DNA from: Eledone cirrhosa
Taxonomy: Eukaryota
Direction of reading: 5' to 3'
Assembly: GCA_964016885.1 (NCBI GenBank)
Contig: OZ024757.1
Location: 3,410,001-3,474,000 of the forward strand
Length of the DNA stretch: 64,000 bases
The position numbers and the translations under genes were made by a program. This document shows positions 1-13,487 of this stretch, one piece after another. Every line of letters begins with the position of its first letter. The stretch's first letter is position 1. The notes below the pieces were generated by a model, which was not told the origin of the DNA, did not search any database, and saw only the letters and a list, made by a program, of their open reading frames with translations.

Positions 1-51
1 CATCACATCTCAGGTTTAAATATTTGAATACCTTAAACTGTTGTATTATCA

Positions 52-124
<73 letters not shown>

Positions 125-246
125 ATAATAATACATTGGAAGACTAAAATCCAAAGAGTGCTCGATAACTTTCAGAAGATCCCGTTAAGGGTGAAAGCAG
201 CGATTCTTTGCTTAAACTTTAATCTGTTTTTTTAATAGTACCTATC

Positions 247-305
<59 letters not shown>

Positions 306-533
306 CAGAGAGAATAAGAAAATGCGAAGTAGTTTCAGATATTAAAGTCCTTTATTGATAAGGTTGTAATACATATTTCAATGACGACAGTGGCCACACC
401 ATTTCGCCTAATCAGTGCCATGATCTCATCAGACACCTTCTTACATAATAAAGTTACGTTCCCGAGGCAATCTAAATTAAAACGAAAAAGGGAACCGCCA
501 AAGATGATGTTTTTGAAGCCTTCACCCGTTCCC

Positions 534-591
<58 letters not shown>

Positions 592-639
592 CTCTCTCTC
601 TATATATATAATACATACACACACATATATATATATACA

Positions 640-1368
640 CTCCCCTACGGTTAGCTATACTCTTTGTTGTTCTCCTGTCTCACTCGCTTTACGCGTTTTA
701 ATTGTCCTAATAACTTATTTTAGTTATTATTGCACCGACGTGAGGTATATGATTTTTAATGCAATGAAATATCTATGATCGTCGGCAAATCACTGATGAG
801 GGACTCATTTTATTACATGTTATCCATGCGCTACCTGCAGTATTTTTCTCCATATTTTATTACATATATTTACCCAAACTGCGATTCTGTGTTTTTCTCT
901 CTCTCTCTTACTGTTCCCCCATTCTCTCTGTTTCTCCTACTTTCTTTCGCCCCCTCTGTCATGTCAGTTACCTCTTCCTCACACTTTCACTCACTCACTG
1001 TTTCTCCTCTCTTCGCTTCATCCTGTACACGAAGAAAGCTATATTTTTCTCTCTTCTCACATGGCCCTCGTTCGTGTCAGGTCTTTTTTCTAAAGCGCTC
1101 ATATATTCACCTAGCTTATGCTAAACAGAATAATTATGAAGCTTGTTTCATTCCCCTACGGTTAGCTATACTCTTTGTTGTTCTCCTGTCTCACTCGCTT
1201 TACGCGTTTTAATTGTCCTAATAACTTATTTTAGTTATTATTGCACCGACGTGAGGTATATGATTTTTAATGCAATGAAATATCTATGATCGTCGGCAAA
1301 TCACTGATGAGGGACTCTTTTTATTACATGTTATCCATGCGCTACCTGCAGTATTTTTCTCCATATTT

Positions 1369-1373
<5 letters not shown>
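640..1373 (+). repeat. LTR-like structure: ~225-bp near-identical direct repeats (640-865, 1152-1373) around a pyrimidine-rich spacer
   Basis: tcccctacggttagctatac...ctccatattttatta occurs twice with a 512-nt period; (TA)n on both sides. Confidence 0.85.
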
Positions 1374-1410
<37 letters not shown>

Positions 1411-1612
1411 ATAGGTTCTACAACCATGACAAAACCTGTTATGTCTTCGTTACAGTACTGGTCTTAAAAATAATAGTTAAACTCGTCCCGTGGACTTGAG
1501 TTGCTCTACTTCATGGATAACCATACCAACTTATTACTAATATATATATATATATATGCATATATATATATATATAATATATAAGATCAAAAGATGGTTA
1601 AATGAGTTCCAT

Positions 1613-1685
1613 GTATTTTATTATGCGCATTTCAAAAACAAATATCATCATGCAATAACATTTGTGTTTTCATCAGATAAAATAG
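1613..1685 (-). ncRNA. Type I hammerhead ribozyme (canonical core, palindromic stem III)
   Basis: UAUUUUAU-CUGAUGA-[AAACACAAAUGUUAUU GCAU GAUGAUAUUUGUUUUU]-GAAA-UGCGCA-UA-AUAAAAUA. Stem I is 8 perfect bp. Confidence 0.85.
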
Positions 1686-1794
1686 GAAGACATGATATGA
1701 AGGTTAAAAACACTTGTGGATAGTGCAGTTTTAAATCAACATATCTTATCCTATATCTGCATTGCTTTATTGTACTACAATAAAACTCACCTCC

Positions 1795-1835
<41 letters not shown>

Positions 1836-2124
1836 CTTTGATAGGTTTTGGCCAGTATTGACCTAGGCCATGTGTAACTTAATAGCACCATCCGGCGATA
1901 TAAATATATATATATATATATACAGAGTAGTTAACCGGGCCTGCGACTATGTGTATATAAATATACACATTTAAAAAAAGATATGTAGACATGTAAAATC
2001 TGCGAGAAAATAGTGATCTCCCTGTAAATTGAAAGTCTTCATGTCAACATATTAAAAAAAAATGTATATTTGCTTCACATTTCTCTGTTATGTTTGATAT
2101 TATTAGTTTACACCAATATAATGA

Positions 2125-2295
2125 TGTTTGTCCCAATTTTACATTAATTTAATGCTATTTGTCTTCATTTTACAATAATTTAATGACATTTGTCTTCATC
2201 TTACAATAATTTAATGGTGTTTGTCCTAATTTCACACTAATTTAATGGCATTTGTCTTCATCTTACAATAATTTAATGGTATTTGTCCTAATTTT
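2125..2295 (+). repeat. 31-nt AT-rich minisatellite, about 5.5 copies
   Basis: tttgtc recurs at 2127, 2158, 2189, 2220, 2251 and 2282. Confidence 0.85.
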
Positions 2296-2627
2296 AAGGA
2301 ATTATGTCCCGTCTACGTGAAAACACGGGTTACGGCATACTTCCTGGCATCTTTATACATAAATGGCTTCTACAGAACTGGATCTGTTTCATTCGTATGA
2401 AATCACTAGGGAAATCAGGCAAATATATAAATATTCGATACCAAGAAATTTTGTCAGATTTTGCTGAATATTTCATACGAATGAAACAGTTCTAGTCCTG
2501 TAGAAGCCATTTCTATATAAATTAAAGATACATAGATACGCTAACAGGTACACAGACGCACAGACATACACAGACATACACAGACATACACAGACATGCA
2601 TACACACATATTTATGTTTTTTAAGAA

Positions 2628-3003
2628 GAACAACAACAACAACACCTACAACACCACCAACAACACCAACAACACCAACAACACCAACAACAACACCAAC
2701 AACACCAACAACAACACCAACAACACCATCACCACCACCAACAACAACACCAACAACACCAACAACAACAACACCACCAACAACACCACCAACAACACCA
2801 TCACCACCAACAACAACAACACCAACAACACCAACAACAACAACACCAACAACACCAACAACAACAACACCACCAACAACACCACCAACAACACCATCAC
2901 CACCAACAACAATAACACCAACAACACCAACAACAACAACAACACCAACAACAACAACAACACCAACAACACCAACAACACCAACACCAACAACACCAAC
3001 ACC

Positions 3004-3037
<34 letters not shown>

Positions 3038-3094
3038 CCAACAACAACACCAACATCCAACAACAACAACACCAACACCACCACCACCACCACC

Positions 3095-3126
<32 letters not shown>

Positions 3127-3169
3127 CAACACCACCAACAACAACAACACCAACACCACCACCACCACC

Positions 3170-3221
<52 letters not shown>

Positions 3222-3256
3222 CCACCAACAACAACAACACCAACACCAACACCACC

Positions 3257-3326
<70 letters not shown>

Positions 3327-3346
3327 CCAACAACAACAGCAACAGC
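2628..3346 (+). repeat. Compound (AAC/ACC)n trinucleotide array
   Basis: About 720 nt of mixed aac/acc triplets with internally duplicated blocks. Confidence 0.95.
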
Positions 3347-3640
3347 ATATTTTACATCATCCAAAACATTTAAGGTTTGACAAGAAGGAACGATTAGAAA
3401 ATTTCCGGTTAAAATCTAAATCAACTTCAACATTATGTCAGCAAGTAGATAATATATATAAAGGTACGATCGACTTTCGTCAAATTTGACCGAGGAAACA
3501 ATGTTTCCGTTGGTCTTTCCAATTGCTAATACTATCTATCGGTCGCAACTCCAGGTAAGAGGAGCAACGTGAAATAAAGTGTCTTGCTCAAGGACATAAC
3601 GCATCGCCTGGTCAAGGAAATAATATATATATATATATAT

Positions 3641-3710
<70 letters not shown>

Positions 3711-3804
3711 AATGAAGTAAATTCCGTCGGAAAGGTACAGGAAAAAAGAGTGATCTATGTAGGCTGCAGAGCTTATTAGTTATGTAATAAACAACATAAG
3801 ATAA

Positions 3805-3872
3805 TTATTTCATTTACCAGTGGTTTCTTGAAAGCAGATGTTAGATATGTTTTCAGTCGTCAGAATGAATAA
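3805..3872 (-). ncRNA. Type I hammerhead ribozyme (inverted copy of 3944-4012)
   Basis: Reverse complement of the plus-strand copy within palindrome 3776-4040. Confidence 0.75.
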
Positions 3873-3943
3873 AAAACATGGTATTTTTTTTATTAAATAT
3901 GGATTTGAAAAGCAAATCCATATTTAATAAAAACACCATGTTT

Positions 3944-4012
3944 TTTATTCATTCTGACGACTGAAAACATATCTAACATCTGCTTTCAAGAAACCACTGG
4001 TAAATGAAATAA
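3944..4012 (+). ncRNA. Type I hammerhead ribozyme; mirrored at 3805-3872 (-)
   Basis: UUCAUU-CUGACGA-[CUGAAA...UUUCAA]-GAAA-CCACUGG-UA-AAUGAA. Confidence 0.75.
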
Positions 4013-4042
4013 TTATCTTATGTTGTTTATTACATAACTAAA

Positions 4043-4473
<431 letters not shown>

Positions 4474-4512
4474 GATATTAACAAATGGAAACTATATTTA
4501 TAAAACCATATT

Positions 4513-4577
4513 TATTTCATTATACATATTTCAAGGACACCAAGTTAAATTATGGTGTGCTTTCATCAGACAAAATA
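4513..4577 (-). ncRNA. Type I hammerhead ribozyme (inverted copy of 7364-7428)
   Basis: Reverse complement of the 7364 motif. Confidence 0.82.
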
Positions 4578-7363
4578 TAATATAGATCAGTTTTATAAAT
4601 AAATATTGACATACCCTTAAAAAATGCAACCATTACTGTTGGAAGCTCCCGGATAGTGGAGTTGTTTACTTATATTATTATTGGTATTAGATATTTTTAT
4701 TTTAAAAATAAGCCGTTGGGTTACAGAGAAAGAAAAAGAAGGAGAAAGAGAAAAAGAGAGAGAGAGAAATAGAGAAATTATACAATTTTTTAATTACCTT
4801 AATCTAAAAGTAGAAATAGAGAATAACCATAAAATAGTCAATTTTCTAGATGTAACACTAAATCTTGACACATGTCTTCATTATCCATTTCACAAACTAA
4901 ATGAGAACTTAAATTACGTCAATTTTAACTCTAATCACCCCAGATCCGTTAAAAATACTATAGTGAACTCTGTACAAGAACGAATTTCGAGAATTTCACC
5001 TAATAAGAATATATTTGATGAAAAAGCACATTATTACAACGAAGCGTCAGGTAGAGCTGGGTATAGAAATAAAATTAAATACATCGATAATAATAATAAT
5101 ATAACAACTAACCATAATCGTAACAATTTTAACTATGGTAACAATTTTAACAACTATAATAGAAAACCTTACATTAATTCCGAAAGCCGAAAAAAAAATA
5201 GAACTAGGAACATATTATGGTTCGCTCCTCCTTTCTCATTAAATATTAAAACCCCTATTGCAAAACTATTTTTTAAAGCTCTTGACAAATGCTTCCCTAG
5301 AACACATAGATATTACTCAATTTTTAATAGACATACTATAAAATTAACTTATTCTTCCACCAAAAATTTAGCGCAAAATATTAATAGAATTAATAATAGA
5401 AATTTAAAACCTAACCAAAATACCAATAATAACCCAAGCAATATTCAATGTGATAAATGTAACTGTAGAAATAAATCTAACTGTCCGTTAAATAACAATT
5501 GCTTAGCTAAAAATGTAGTATATAATTGTAATGTAAAAACTAATTTAAATTCATTTAATTATGTGGGATTTACTTCCACAGAGTTTAAATCCCGCTTCAA
5601 TAATCATAAAAATTATTTTACAGATCCAAACAAAAAATCTTCAACTTCTCTATCTAGCCTATTATGGGACCTAAAACTAAAGAACGTTGAATATTCGTTG
5701 ATTTGGAATATTATTTAAAAAGCTACTCCTTTTAACTCCTCTTCAGAAAATTGCGATCTTTGTATAGAGGAAATATTCTTTATATTAGAGACCAAAAATT
5801 CCCTGAACTTAAGGAATAATTTATTCAGTTGCTGCAGACATATATTAAACTCAACGTTTAAATATAAATATAAATTTAAAATGTAGTATATAATTAATTA
5901 ATTAATTTTATTAATATATGAAACCTGTCGATAAATCATTAGATTCCTTCATCTTGTTTGACTGATTATACACTCAAGTAAAAATAACTTTTCTTCCTAA
6001 ATATAAATAAATATAAATATAACAAACTATTCTAGAGAAATATATTGAGAGCTCTTGAAAGGAGAAAATATTTCCTATTTCTTATTTTTTTATTGTTTTC
6101 TTATTGTTCTGTTAGCTTCTCCTATTTTCGAATGTTTATCCCTTCAAAATTTTGAGTTAAATATACGTAAGATACATTTCTATACTAAATCTATTAAACA
6201 TACTATTATTTTGAAATTATAACTTAAAATATTCTATAATATTTTAAAATTGTATTGCTTTTAAAGTTATATTGCTTATAATTATATTTCCAAATTGTAA
6301 TATAATCCTTTTGTATTTTATGTACTCAATTATACTATGTACTTCTCTCTATATGTGAGTATATATGTATATGTGTGTATTGACATACATGTACATATGT
6401 TCTATGAGTTTCTATGAATGTATGTCTGTATGTATATGTATGCGTGATGCGTATCTACCTATTGGCTGAGGGTACACACACATGTATATATATGTATATG
6501 TGAGAATTGTGTATATGCATGTGCGTGTATATCCATATAATTTGATTGCACTTATGTATAGCGATTATCCCAATGATTCCTGACAGATAGACATATAATT
6601 AACAGCCATAAATACATAACTGGTAATCTTATAAAACTTATATAAAAAATTTTGTTTAATAACATAAAGTGTGTATAACATAAAATTTCCTTTAATATCT
6701 TAACAATTATAACATTTTTAAGATTCCTATATCTTAAATTAAATTAAAGAATCCTTTATGCTTTGTGTCTATATATTATATACGTAGTTAGATACGTTAT
6801 GTATTTTATAAGTGTTTATATATATTTATATGTATTTTTGCGTGTGTATACGTGTTATATTATATGTAGTTCTCTAGCAATATATGGATTTCTTAATGTA
6901 TAGATCCCAATTTTTAATATATTGATCTCAATTTTTAAATGATTAACTAAACATCTAATCATATTTAAACAATGATTAATTTCTCATATTATATATGTAT
7001 ATTCCATTCATGATTATTAACATTTCTAATTTTATTTATTCATTTCATCTCAATTGTTAAGTTAACTCAACAAGATATGACTTAGAGTTTTCGTTCTCTC
7101 CCCTTCTCTCTGTCTCCCCTCTCTCTATATATATTTCTCTCTCTGTTGTTTTGGTCTCTCTCTCTCTCTCTTTTCTCTCTCTCCCTTTTTCTCTTTCTCC
7201 TTCTTTTTCTTTCTCTGTAACCCAACGGCTTATTTTTAAAATAAAAATATCTAATACCAATAATAATATAAGTAAACAACTCCACTATCCGGGAGCTTCC
7301 AACAGTAATGGTTGCATTTTTTAAGGGTATGTCAATATTTATTTATAAAACTGATCTATATTA

Positions 7364-7428
7364 TATTTTGTCTGATGAAAGCACACCATAATTTAACTTG
7401 GTGTCCTTGAAATATGTATAATGAAATA
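7364..7428 (+). ncRNA. Type I hammerhead ribozyme in the 3' pLTR region of Penelope-like element 1
   Basis: UAUUUUGU-CUGAUGA-[AAGCACACCA UAAUUUAACU UGGUGUCCUU]-GAAA-UAUGUA-UA-AUGAAAUA. Confidence 0.82.
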
Positions 7429-7555
7429 AATATGGTTTTATAAATATAGTTTCCATTTGTTAATATCGTATGTTTACTCCAAATACTTGTTGAGTGCTTT
7501 ATATCAGTTATAAAAATATTTGCTTGTTGTATCCCAACAATTTAAATAGGACTTT

Positions 7556-7600
<45 letters not shown>

Positions 7601-7662
7601 CATATCTAACTACGTATATAATATATAGACACAAAGCATAAAGGATTCTTTAATTTAATTTA

Positions 7663-7698
<36 letters not shown>

Positions 7699-7884
7699 CG
7701 AAGGAAGTGTGGTAAGGAGCCAGATGGACGATAACACACCAGAGTACTCAATACTTAGAGTAGTAGAGTGGGTAATAGACCCGGACGGCAGAGCTCAAGC
7801 CGTTTCGACGGCTATTTCTCGACTCAGTATGACGTCACAGTATTCTGCTTATATTTCCGTCTACTCCTGTAAGTAAATGTAATC

Positions 7885-8170
7885 CTGTGTGGCCTATTGT
7901 AGGTTCAATTCCTGGACTGGGTTGTATTCTTGAGCAAAACACTTCATTTCACGTTGCTCCAGTATATTCAGCTGAAAATATGTACCAGCAGTAGCTGGTG
8001 GTTTACGTCTTGTTCTGTAAGTACCAGAAGCAATAGCTGGGGTTTAACCCTGCGATGGACTGGTGTCCTGTCCAGGGGGGAGTCTTGTACTCCCAGTCAC
8101 TTCACACCACGGGCATCGAGATAAGCTCCGCCCTGATGAGATTCCAGACTCGAGACAGACTTTAGCCTTT
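7885..8170 (+). mobile_element. SINE, third family (CORE-like segment plus GATGGACTGGTGTCCTGTCCAGGG domain)
   Basis: B box GGTTCAATTCC, TTGAGCAAAACACTTCATTTCACGTTGCTCC, tail agactttagccttta. Related copies at 35855-36105 (-) and ~3510-3615 (-). Confidence 0.72.
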
Positions 8171-8254
8171 AGAAATCCACCCCATACCTAATCATAATAC
8201 ACACAGCATGATACACGGCATGTTTGTTGTGTTGTGTGATATAAATATGCAATC

Positions 8255-8329
8255 AACACCTGATGAAATCGCCTAATTCTTGCGTCAAGATCGGATGATG
8301 AAGCTGGGACATCGAAATATTATAGTGTT
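8255..8329 (+). ncRNA. Hammerhead-like motif with an imperfect stem II
   Basis: AACAC-CUGAUGA-...-GAAA-UAUUA-UA-GUGUU. Confidence 0.5.
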
Positions 8330-8399
8330 TTCGTGGAATTAAAATTCTAAATAAAGTTTCCAATGCGGCCTTCTGTTGTTTTAATGAACACACACACAC

Positions 8400-8456
<57 letters not shown>

Positions 8457-8458
<2 letters not shown>

Positions 8459-8921
8459 TAGCAGAGGTACCCGGCGTTGCTCGGGTATTAAATAGCAGTT
8501 GTGTATACCATTTATGTCAATACTCTTCGAAAACTATACTTTTACAAAATCATCGGCTTTTTCCAAAAGGGGGTTCCTTCCCCCAGGGGCCCCTACTCAA
8601 TATGTGCCAATTCTGAGAGTTCACATTCATCTGTAGGATAAACGTAGCCCATGTGTCAAGTTTTGTGAAAATCGGTTGCGAACTCCAGAAGTTATGACGT
8701 TTTGTTGCATTGCACTGCAGTTCTTCAGTCGACTCCAAGGAAGTGGTTAAATGGGGTTATCTGCCGGGAGGCCCCATAATCAATATATGGAAAAATGAAA
8801 GTGCCCATGACCATCTGGAGTACATAAGTAACCTATGTCTTAAGTTTGGTGAAAATACTGTAGAAATGCATGAGGTTTATACATACGCGTGCATGCGTGC
8901 GTGCGCGTGTGTGTGTGTGTG

Positions 8922-9009
<88 letters not shown>

Positions 9010-9600
9010 ATTTGTGTGTGCGTATGTATGTGTATGTGTATGTCCGTCGGGGCATACGTATGTACTGGCCTAAATCTTCACTATTTACTTTTACTATTTT
9101 AATAACCTCTGTCATTTTCGTTTTCAATTTTATTTACATCATTCTTAAACTCCGAGGCTGGAAATCATTCTGTTATGTTAAATAGAATATTAGTCTAACG
9201 ACTCCATTTATACCATAAACTTGTTCTTGTCTTTGCATGAAATTGTTCTTCTCGCTCCACATAACGACCTATTATCCTCGCTTTTTTCCCGTTCATTGCC
9301 AGACAACGTCTTCACGAACCAAAATATCGTCTTCCTGTTTTCGTTCGGTTGCAACGTTTCTCGAAATATTTACTTCTGCGTTCACAGATTACTCTCAGTT
9401 CAATTTGAATGGGAAATTCCTGTTTCATCGATTTTCTCCGTAACCATGGAAGCTTGTAGCTTGAAAGTCGACTCAACGCCTCCTAGGGTCATTCTGCATA
9501 ACTGTGTAAATTTTCGCTGCATTCCACCAAGCCATTTCGACGTTTATCCGACTACACCTACTTACTTAAATATACAACGTCCGACCACTTCCAATTTATA
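8457..9600 (+). mobile_element. Possible Helitron/Helentron-type non-autonomous element, with an internal (GT)n and other repeats
   Basis: Begins at (TA)n with ACTAGCAGAGGTACCCGGCGTTGCTCGGG (short hairpin) and carries repeated aagttt(t/g)gtgaaaat motifs. The 3' end is uncertain. Confidence 0.4.
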
Positions 9601-9744
9601 TATATATTAAACCAGTATTAAACTAGTTAGACCATTATTCAACAGAGTACTCGATCCCTGGGATAGTAGAGCGTGACTACATTAGAAAGAGTCGAGGACC
9701 GAAGCTGAGCTCTTCCCTTTCGACAGCTAATTCCCGACACTTAC

Positions 9745-9841
<97 letters not shown>

Positions 9842-9972
9842 GAAGTTATATTTAATTTGTTGGGATTCAACAAGCTTAAACATTTTTATAACTGATATAA
9901 AGCACTCAAAAAGATAGTGGAGTAAATACACAATATATTAATAAATGGAAACTATATTTATAAAACCATATT

Positions 9973-10038
9973 TATTTTATTATATATATTTCAAGGGCAA
10001 CCAAGGCAAATTATGGTGCGCTTTCATCAGATAAAATA
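9973..10038 (-). ncRNA. Type I hammerhead ribozyme, family of 7364
   Basis: UAUUUUAU-CUGAUGA-[AAG..ACCA..UGGU..CUU]-GAAA-UAUAUA-UA-AUAAAAUA. Confidence 0.78.
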
Positions 10039-10044
10039 CAGATT

Positions 10045-10094
<50 letters not shown>

Positions 10095-10309
10095 AGTATG
10101 TATGTATACGTACATCCATATATGTATACAGACGTACAGTAGTATGTATATATATACATACATGCACACATATATATATGCACGTATCGGTTTACCGAAC
10201 ATTTATTATAATGCTCGGTTTGTTTGTTTGTAAACAAACAAACAGCCCGAATTACTCCGTACATTGTTTAGGCAACCACGTCACCTTTTTATTCAACACT
10301 GACACAGGA

Positions 10310-10352
10310 ACGATGTACTAGTTTCAAGCTTATTATTTATCGTCAGCATCGT
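10310..10352 (-). ncRNA. Minimal type I hammerhead motif, family of 32186, stem II damaged
   Basis: ACGAUG-CUGACGA-UAAAUAAUAAGCUU-GAAA-CUAG-UA-CAUCGU. Confidence 0.65.
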
Positions 10353-10734
10353 ATACCTTCCTGCCAGATGGTTGAACGTCTGAAAGTATATAATTTCCTT
10401 ATGCATATTAACGGCTGAGCAGTCTAATTTGCATATCAAGTGAGTTCAGTCGGCCGGCCAACTGAACTACCTCGATATGCAACTCGAGCTTGAAACTAGT
10501 ACATCGTTCCTGTGTCAGTGTTGAACAAAAAGGTGACGTGGTTGCCTAAACAATGTACGGCGTAATTCGGGCTGTTTGTTTGTTTACAAACAAACAAACC
10601 GAGTATTATAATAAATGTTCGGTAAACCGAAACGTGCATATATATATGTGTACATGTATGTATATATACACATACTACTGTACGTCTGTATACATATATG
10701 TATGTACGTATACATACATACTTACATATATGTC

Positions 10735-12700
10735 TTCTTCTTCTTGGGCTACTATCCTAAGGTTAAAGACAGAGAGGAGGACTCTATTTTCACTGATAAA
10801 ATAAAATATTGCAGGGGTGTATTTCAGGGGGACAGTCTCTCTGTGGTATTGTTCATCTTGTCATTAAACCCCTTGTCCTTTCTGCTCAAGAAATGTGAGG
10901 GATACATCATTGGCTCACAGGAGAACAGAAATACGAACCTAACCCATAATTTCTTTGTGGACGATCTGAAACTCTATGCCAAGAACATGGACGGGATGAA
11001 GAAAAATCTTGATCTGGTTACAACGTTCTCAAAGGATATAGGAATGGAGTTTGGCCAAGATAAATGCTCATACATGACTGTAAAGCGGGGAAAAACGACA
11101 ACCCAATCTAGCAACATTGTCATCAAAGGCCTAACTGTTTCACCGATATCTGATGAGGACTGCTACAGATATCTGGGGATAGATAAGAACATATCCTATA
11201 ATGGTATCTGTAATAAAGACCGCGTAACCAGGGAATACTACACCCGATTAAGAAAGATCTGGTCATCGGACCTCTCTGCGCAAAACAAAACAGTGGCTCA
11301 CAATGTGTTTGCTGTGCCTGTCCTAACACCAACGTTTGGAATACTCAATTGGACGATAGACGAAATCCGAGCAGTTGATGGTGGAACTCGAAAAATACTG
11401 AACAACACCGGAAACTTCCACATGAACAGTGACATAGATCGCCTTTACTTGAAACGTAAGCAGGCAGGCAGAGGCCTAACATCAGTCCAGACAACATTTG
11501 AATGTCGCATCATATCTCTCCGACAACATCTACGAACTTCGTAGCGTAGGAGCCCGTTTCTCGAGCAAGCCTATCTGCATGAAACAGATAAGATCATGAG
11601 AATTGGGAAGGAACTCCTCGAGAGATATTCCCTGTGTGATAATCAAAAACTCACACCCAGAGATGTCGCTCAGCAGTATCGCAGTGAATCCAGGGATGAA
11701 AAACTGCATGCCTTTCAGCAAAAAATCATGCATGGATATGTTGCCAGGAAGCTCCAGAGTGAGAGTAATATAGATAAGGAAAGTAGTCTATATTGGACAA
11801 ATAACCGCTATATTGGCTCCCACTTTGAAAGATACGCTTTTGCAATCCAAGAACAGGAGATTAACACGAAATACCTGATTCACAAAAGAGATAGGGATGC
11901 AGGCAAAACACCTAGATGTGATAACAAGTGCAGACTCTGCAGAACTAACATCGAGGATATCACCCATGCCATCAGCAGCTGTCCAAAGATGTCATCGCGG
12001 TACTATCTACCTATGAGACATAATGTAGTGGCCAAAACACTGTACGATGCAGTTCGTAAAAAAGATAGCCCCGATAATAAACACATTAAAAGCTACAGCA
12101 ATGTGGAAGACATCCATATACATAATATGAAAGAGTACTGGTGGAATGTTCCAGTAAAAACCCCAATAAAATGCAGGCATAACAGACCAGATGGGACAGG
12201 GAGAAAAAAGCATGCACAGTAGTGGAAGTTAGCTGCCCAGCAGATGCCAATATAATATCAAAGATTAGTGAAAAGGAGAATATTTATGCAGAACTGATGA
12301 GAAATCTGCTGATACTCCACTCAGATTACACCTTCAGATTTATGCCTGTGATTATTGGGGTACTGGGATATGTTAGTAACTGCCTCAATACAAATCTTGA
12401 GAAATAGGCTTCACAGGAACAGAAAGAACACAACTAGTTATGAAATTACAAGTACAATCCATTAATGGAACAAAAATTTTGCATCTAATAACTGCATATG
12501 CACATGTACAAAGCATATGCACATGCACACATACAACTCAAAACACCCACATCCACACATCCAATAACATCCATATCTACACATGCAGACATACATAATC
12601 TACCTAGTTGATATTGTGTAAATTCCAATGAGAGAGCCTTGTGTCTATGTTAGAAACCGACTCTCTCTCTATGGGGAAAAAAATTTGTGAAATTATAAAT
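10735..12700 (+). mobile_element. 5'-truncated non-LTR retrotransposon with restriction-like endonuclease (R4/Dong-like), disrupted
   Basis: RT GVFQGDSLS, FFVDDLKLY, YRYLG; zinc knuckle CRLC-x7-H-x4-C; RHN and RPD...EVSCP...K..Y RLE motifs. Stop at 11542 and frameshift near 12190. The clade call is tentative. Confidence 0.85.
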
Positions 12701-13487
12701 ATATACATACATACATAAAAATAAAGTAATGAATGCGTCAAATTATTGATATTAAAAATGAAAGACAGCCAAGAACATAGAAAAGATATTTCTATTAGTT
12801 TAGAAAGTTTAGCTGCCATAAGCAAGAGATGATAGTGGATACTCTCGGGTCCCAGATAATAGGGGGTAGGGATAGGTGTGGGGGATAGGTGGGTGGTGGT
12901 GGTGGTGGTGGTGGAACAGCGATGGGTTTTCTAAGTTGACAACCTTAATTTTTTTGAAAACCAGAATTAGTCGTTTAGTTTACATATTGAGACCCCACCC
13001 GATCCGATTTATTTTATAACATATGGGATTTCTAGTAATGTAATTTAGTTGTTATGTTTTTTAATGTCTAAAGAAAATTAATTGTCGCAGGGATGCTACT
13101 TCTTAAAATAATATTTTGCAGGAGATTAGGAACATTTAATAAGTGGGAGGAGGGGTGGAATAAGAGCGGGAGTGGGGGTGGAATAAAGGGAGGGAGGGGG
13201 TGTGATAAGAACAGAGGTGAGGTTGGACTAAGAACGGGGCGTGGGACTGTGGGAGTGAAAAACATCTGAAAAATGAATAAGAGAGGAGGGGGGAGACGAT
13301 TATTGGAGACCCGAGAATATACAAAAGTTTAGCTTCCATAAGCAAGAGAAAGAAAAGTGAGTTTAGAAAGTTTAACTTCCGGAAGTCATAGAAAGAGAAA
13401 TGCCAAAACGAGGCTATAACCGGATGCAGAAAGTAGCAAGCCAAAAACAGAAGAAAAAATATCCTTAATTTCATTTGAATTTTGTGT

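Larger units (their letters stand above)
4472..7560 (+). mobile_element. 5'-truncated Penelope-like retroelement (probably Hydra-type) with an inverted terminal segment
   Basis: ORF ~4775-5718 has RT thumb VNFLDVTLNL...NYVNFNSNHP, linker CNCRNKSNCPLNNNC and GIY-YIG VYNC...YVGFT...FKSRFNNH. It reads on past a stop to CDLC...CCRH. 4472-~4770 is the reverse complement of ~7170-7470. Flanked by (TA)n. Confidence 0.9.

Noticed and set aside
380-440. Minus-strand CUGAUGA...GAAA-UGGUG UGGC CACUG-UC hammerhead-like motif
   Set aside because: Stem III is plausible but stem I does not pair convincingly; at best a decayed copy.
2473-3489. Long ORFs encoding poly-N/T/Q/H or poly-L/V
   Set aside because: They are translations of an AAC/ACC triplet array that lacks stops in several frames; no domain or splice support.
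4681-4775. N-terminus of the 345-aa ORF (MVLDIF...EKERER)
   Set aside because: It comes from the inverted terminal segment and GA repeat fused by chance to the truncated RT frame.
8130-8160. CTGATGAG...CTCGAGAC in the SINE tail
   Set aside because: GAGA instead of GAAA and no stems I or III; ordinary SINE tail sequence.
12604-12690. Possible mGluR exon (ccccatag acceptor, gtagat donor)
   Set aside because: A stop follows within six codons in the required phase, and the region looks like the LINE 3' UTR.
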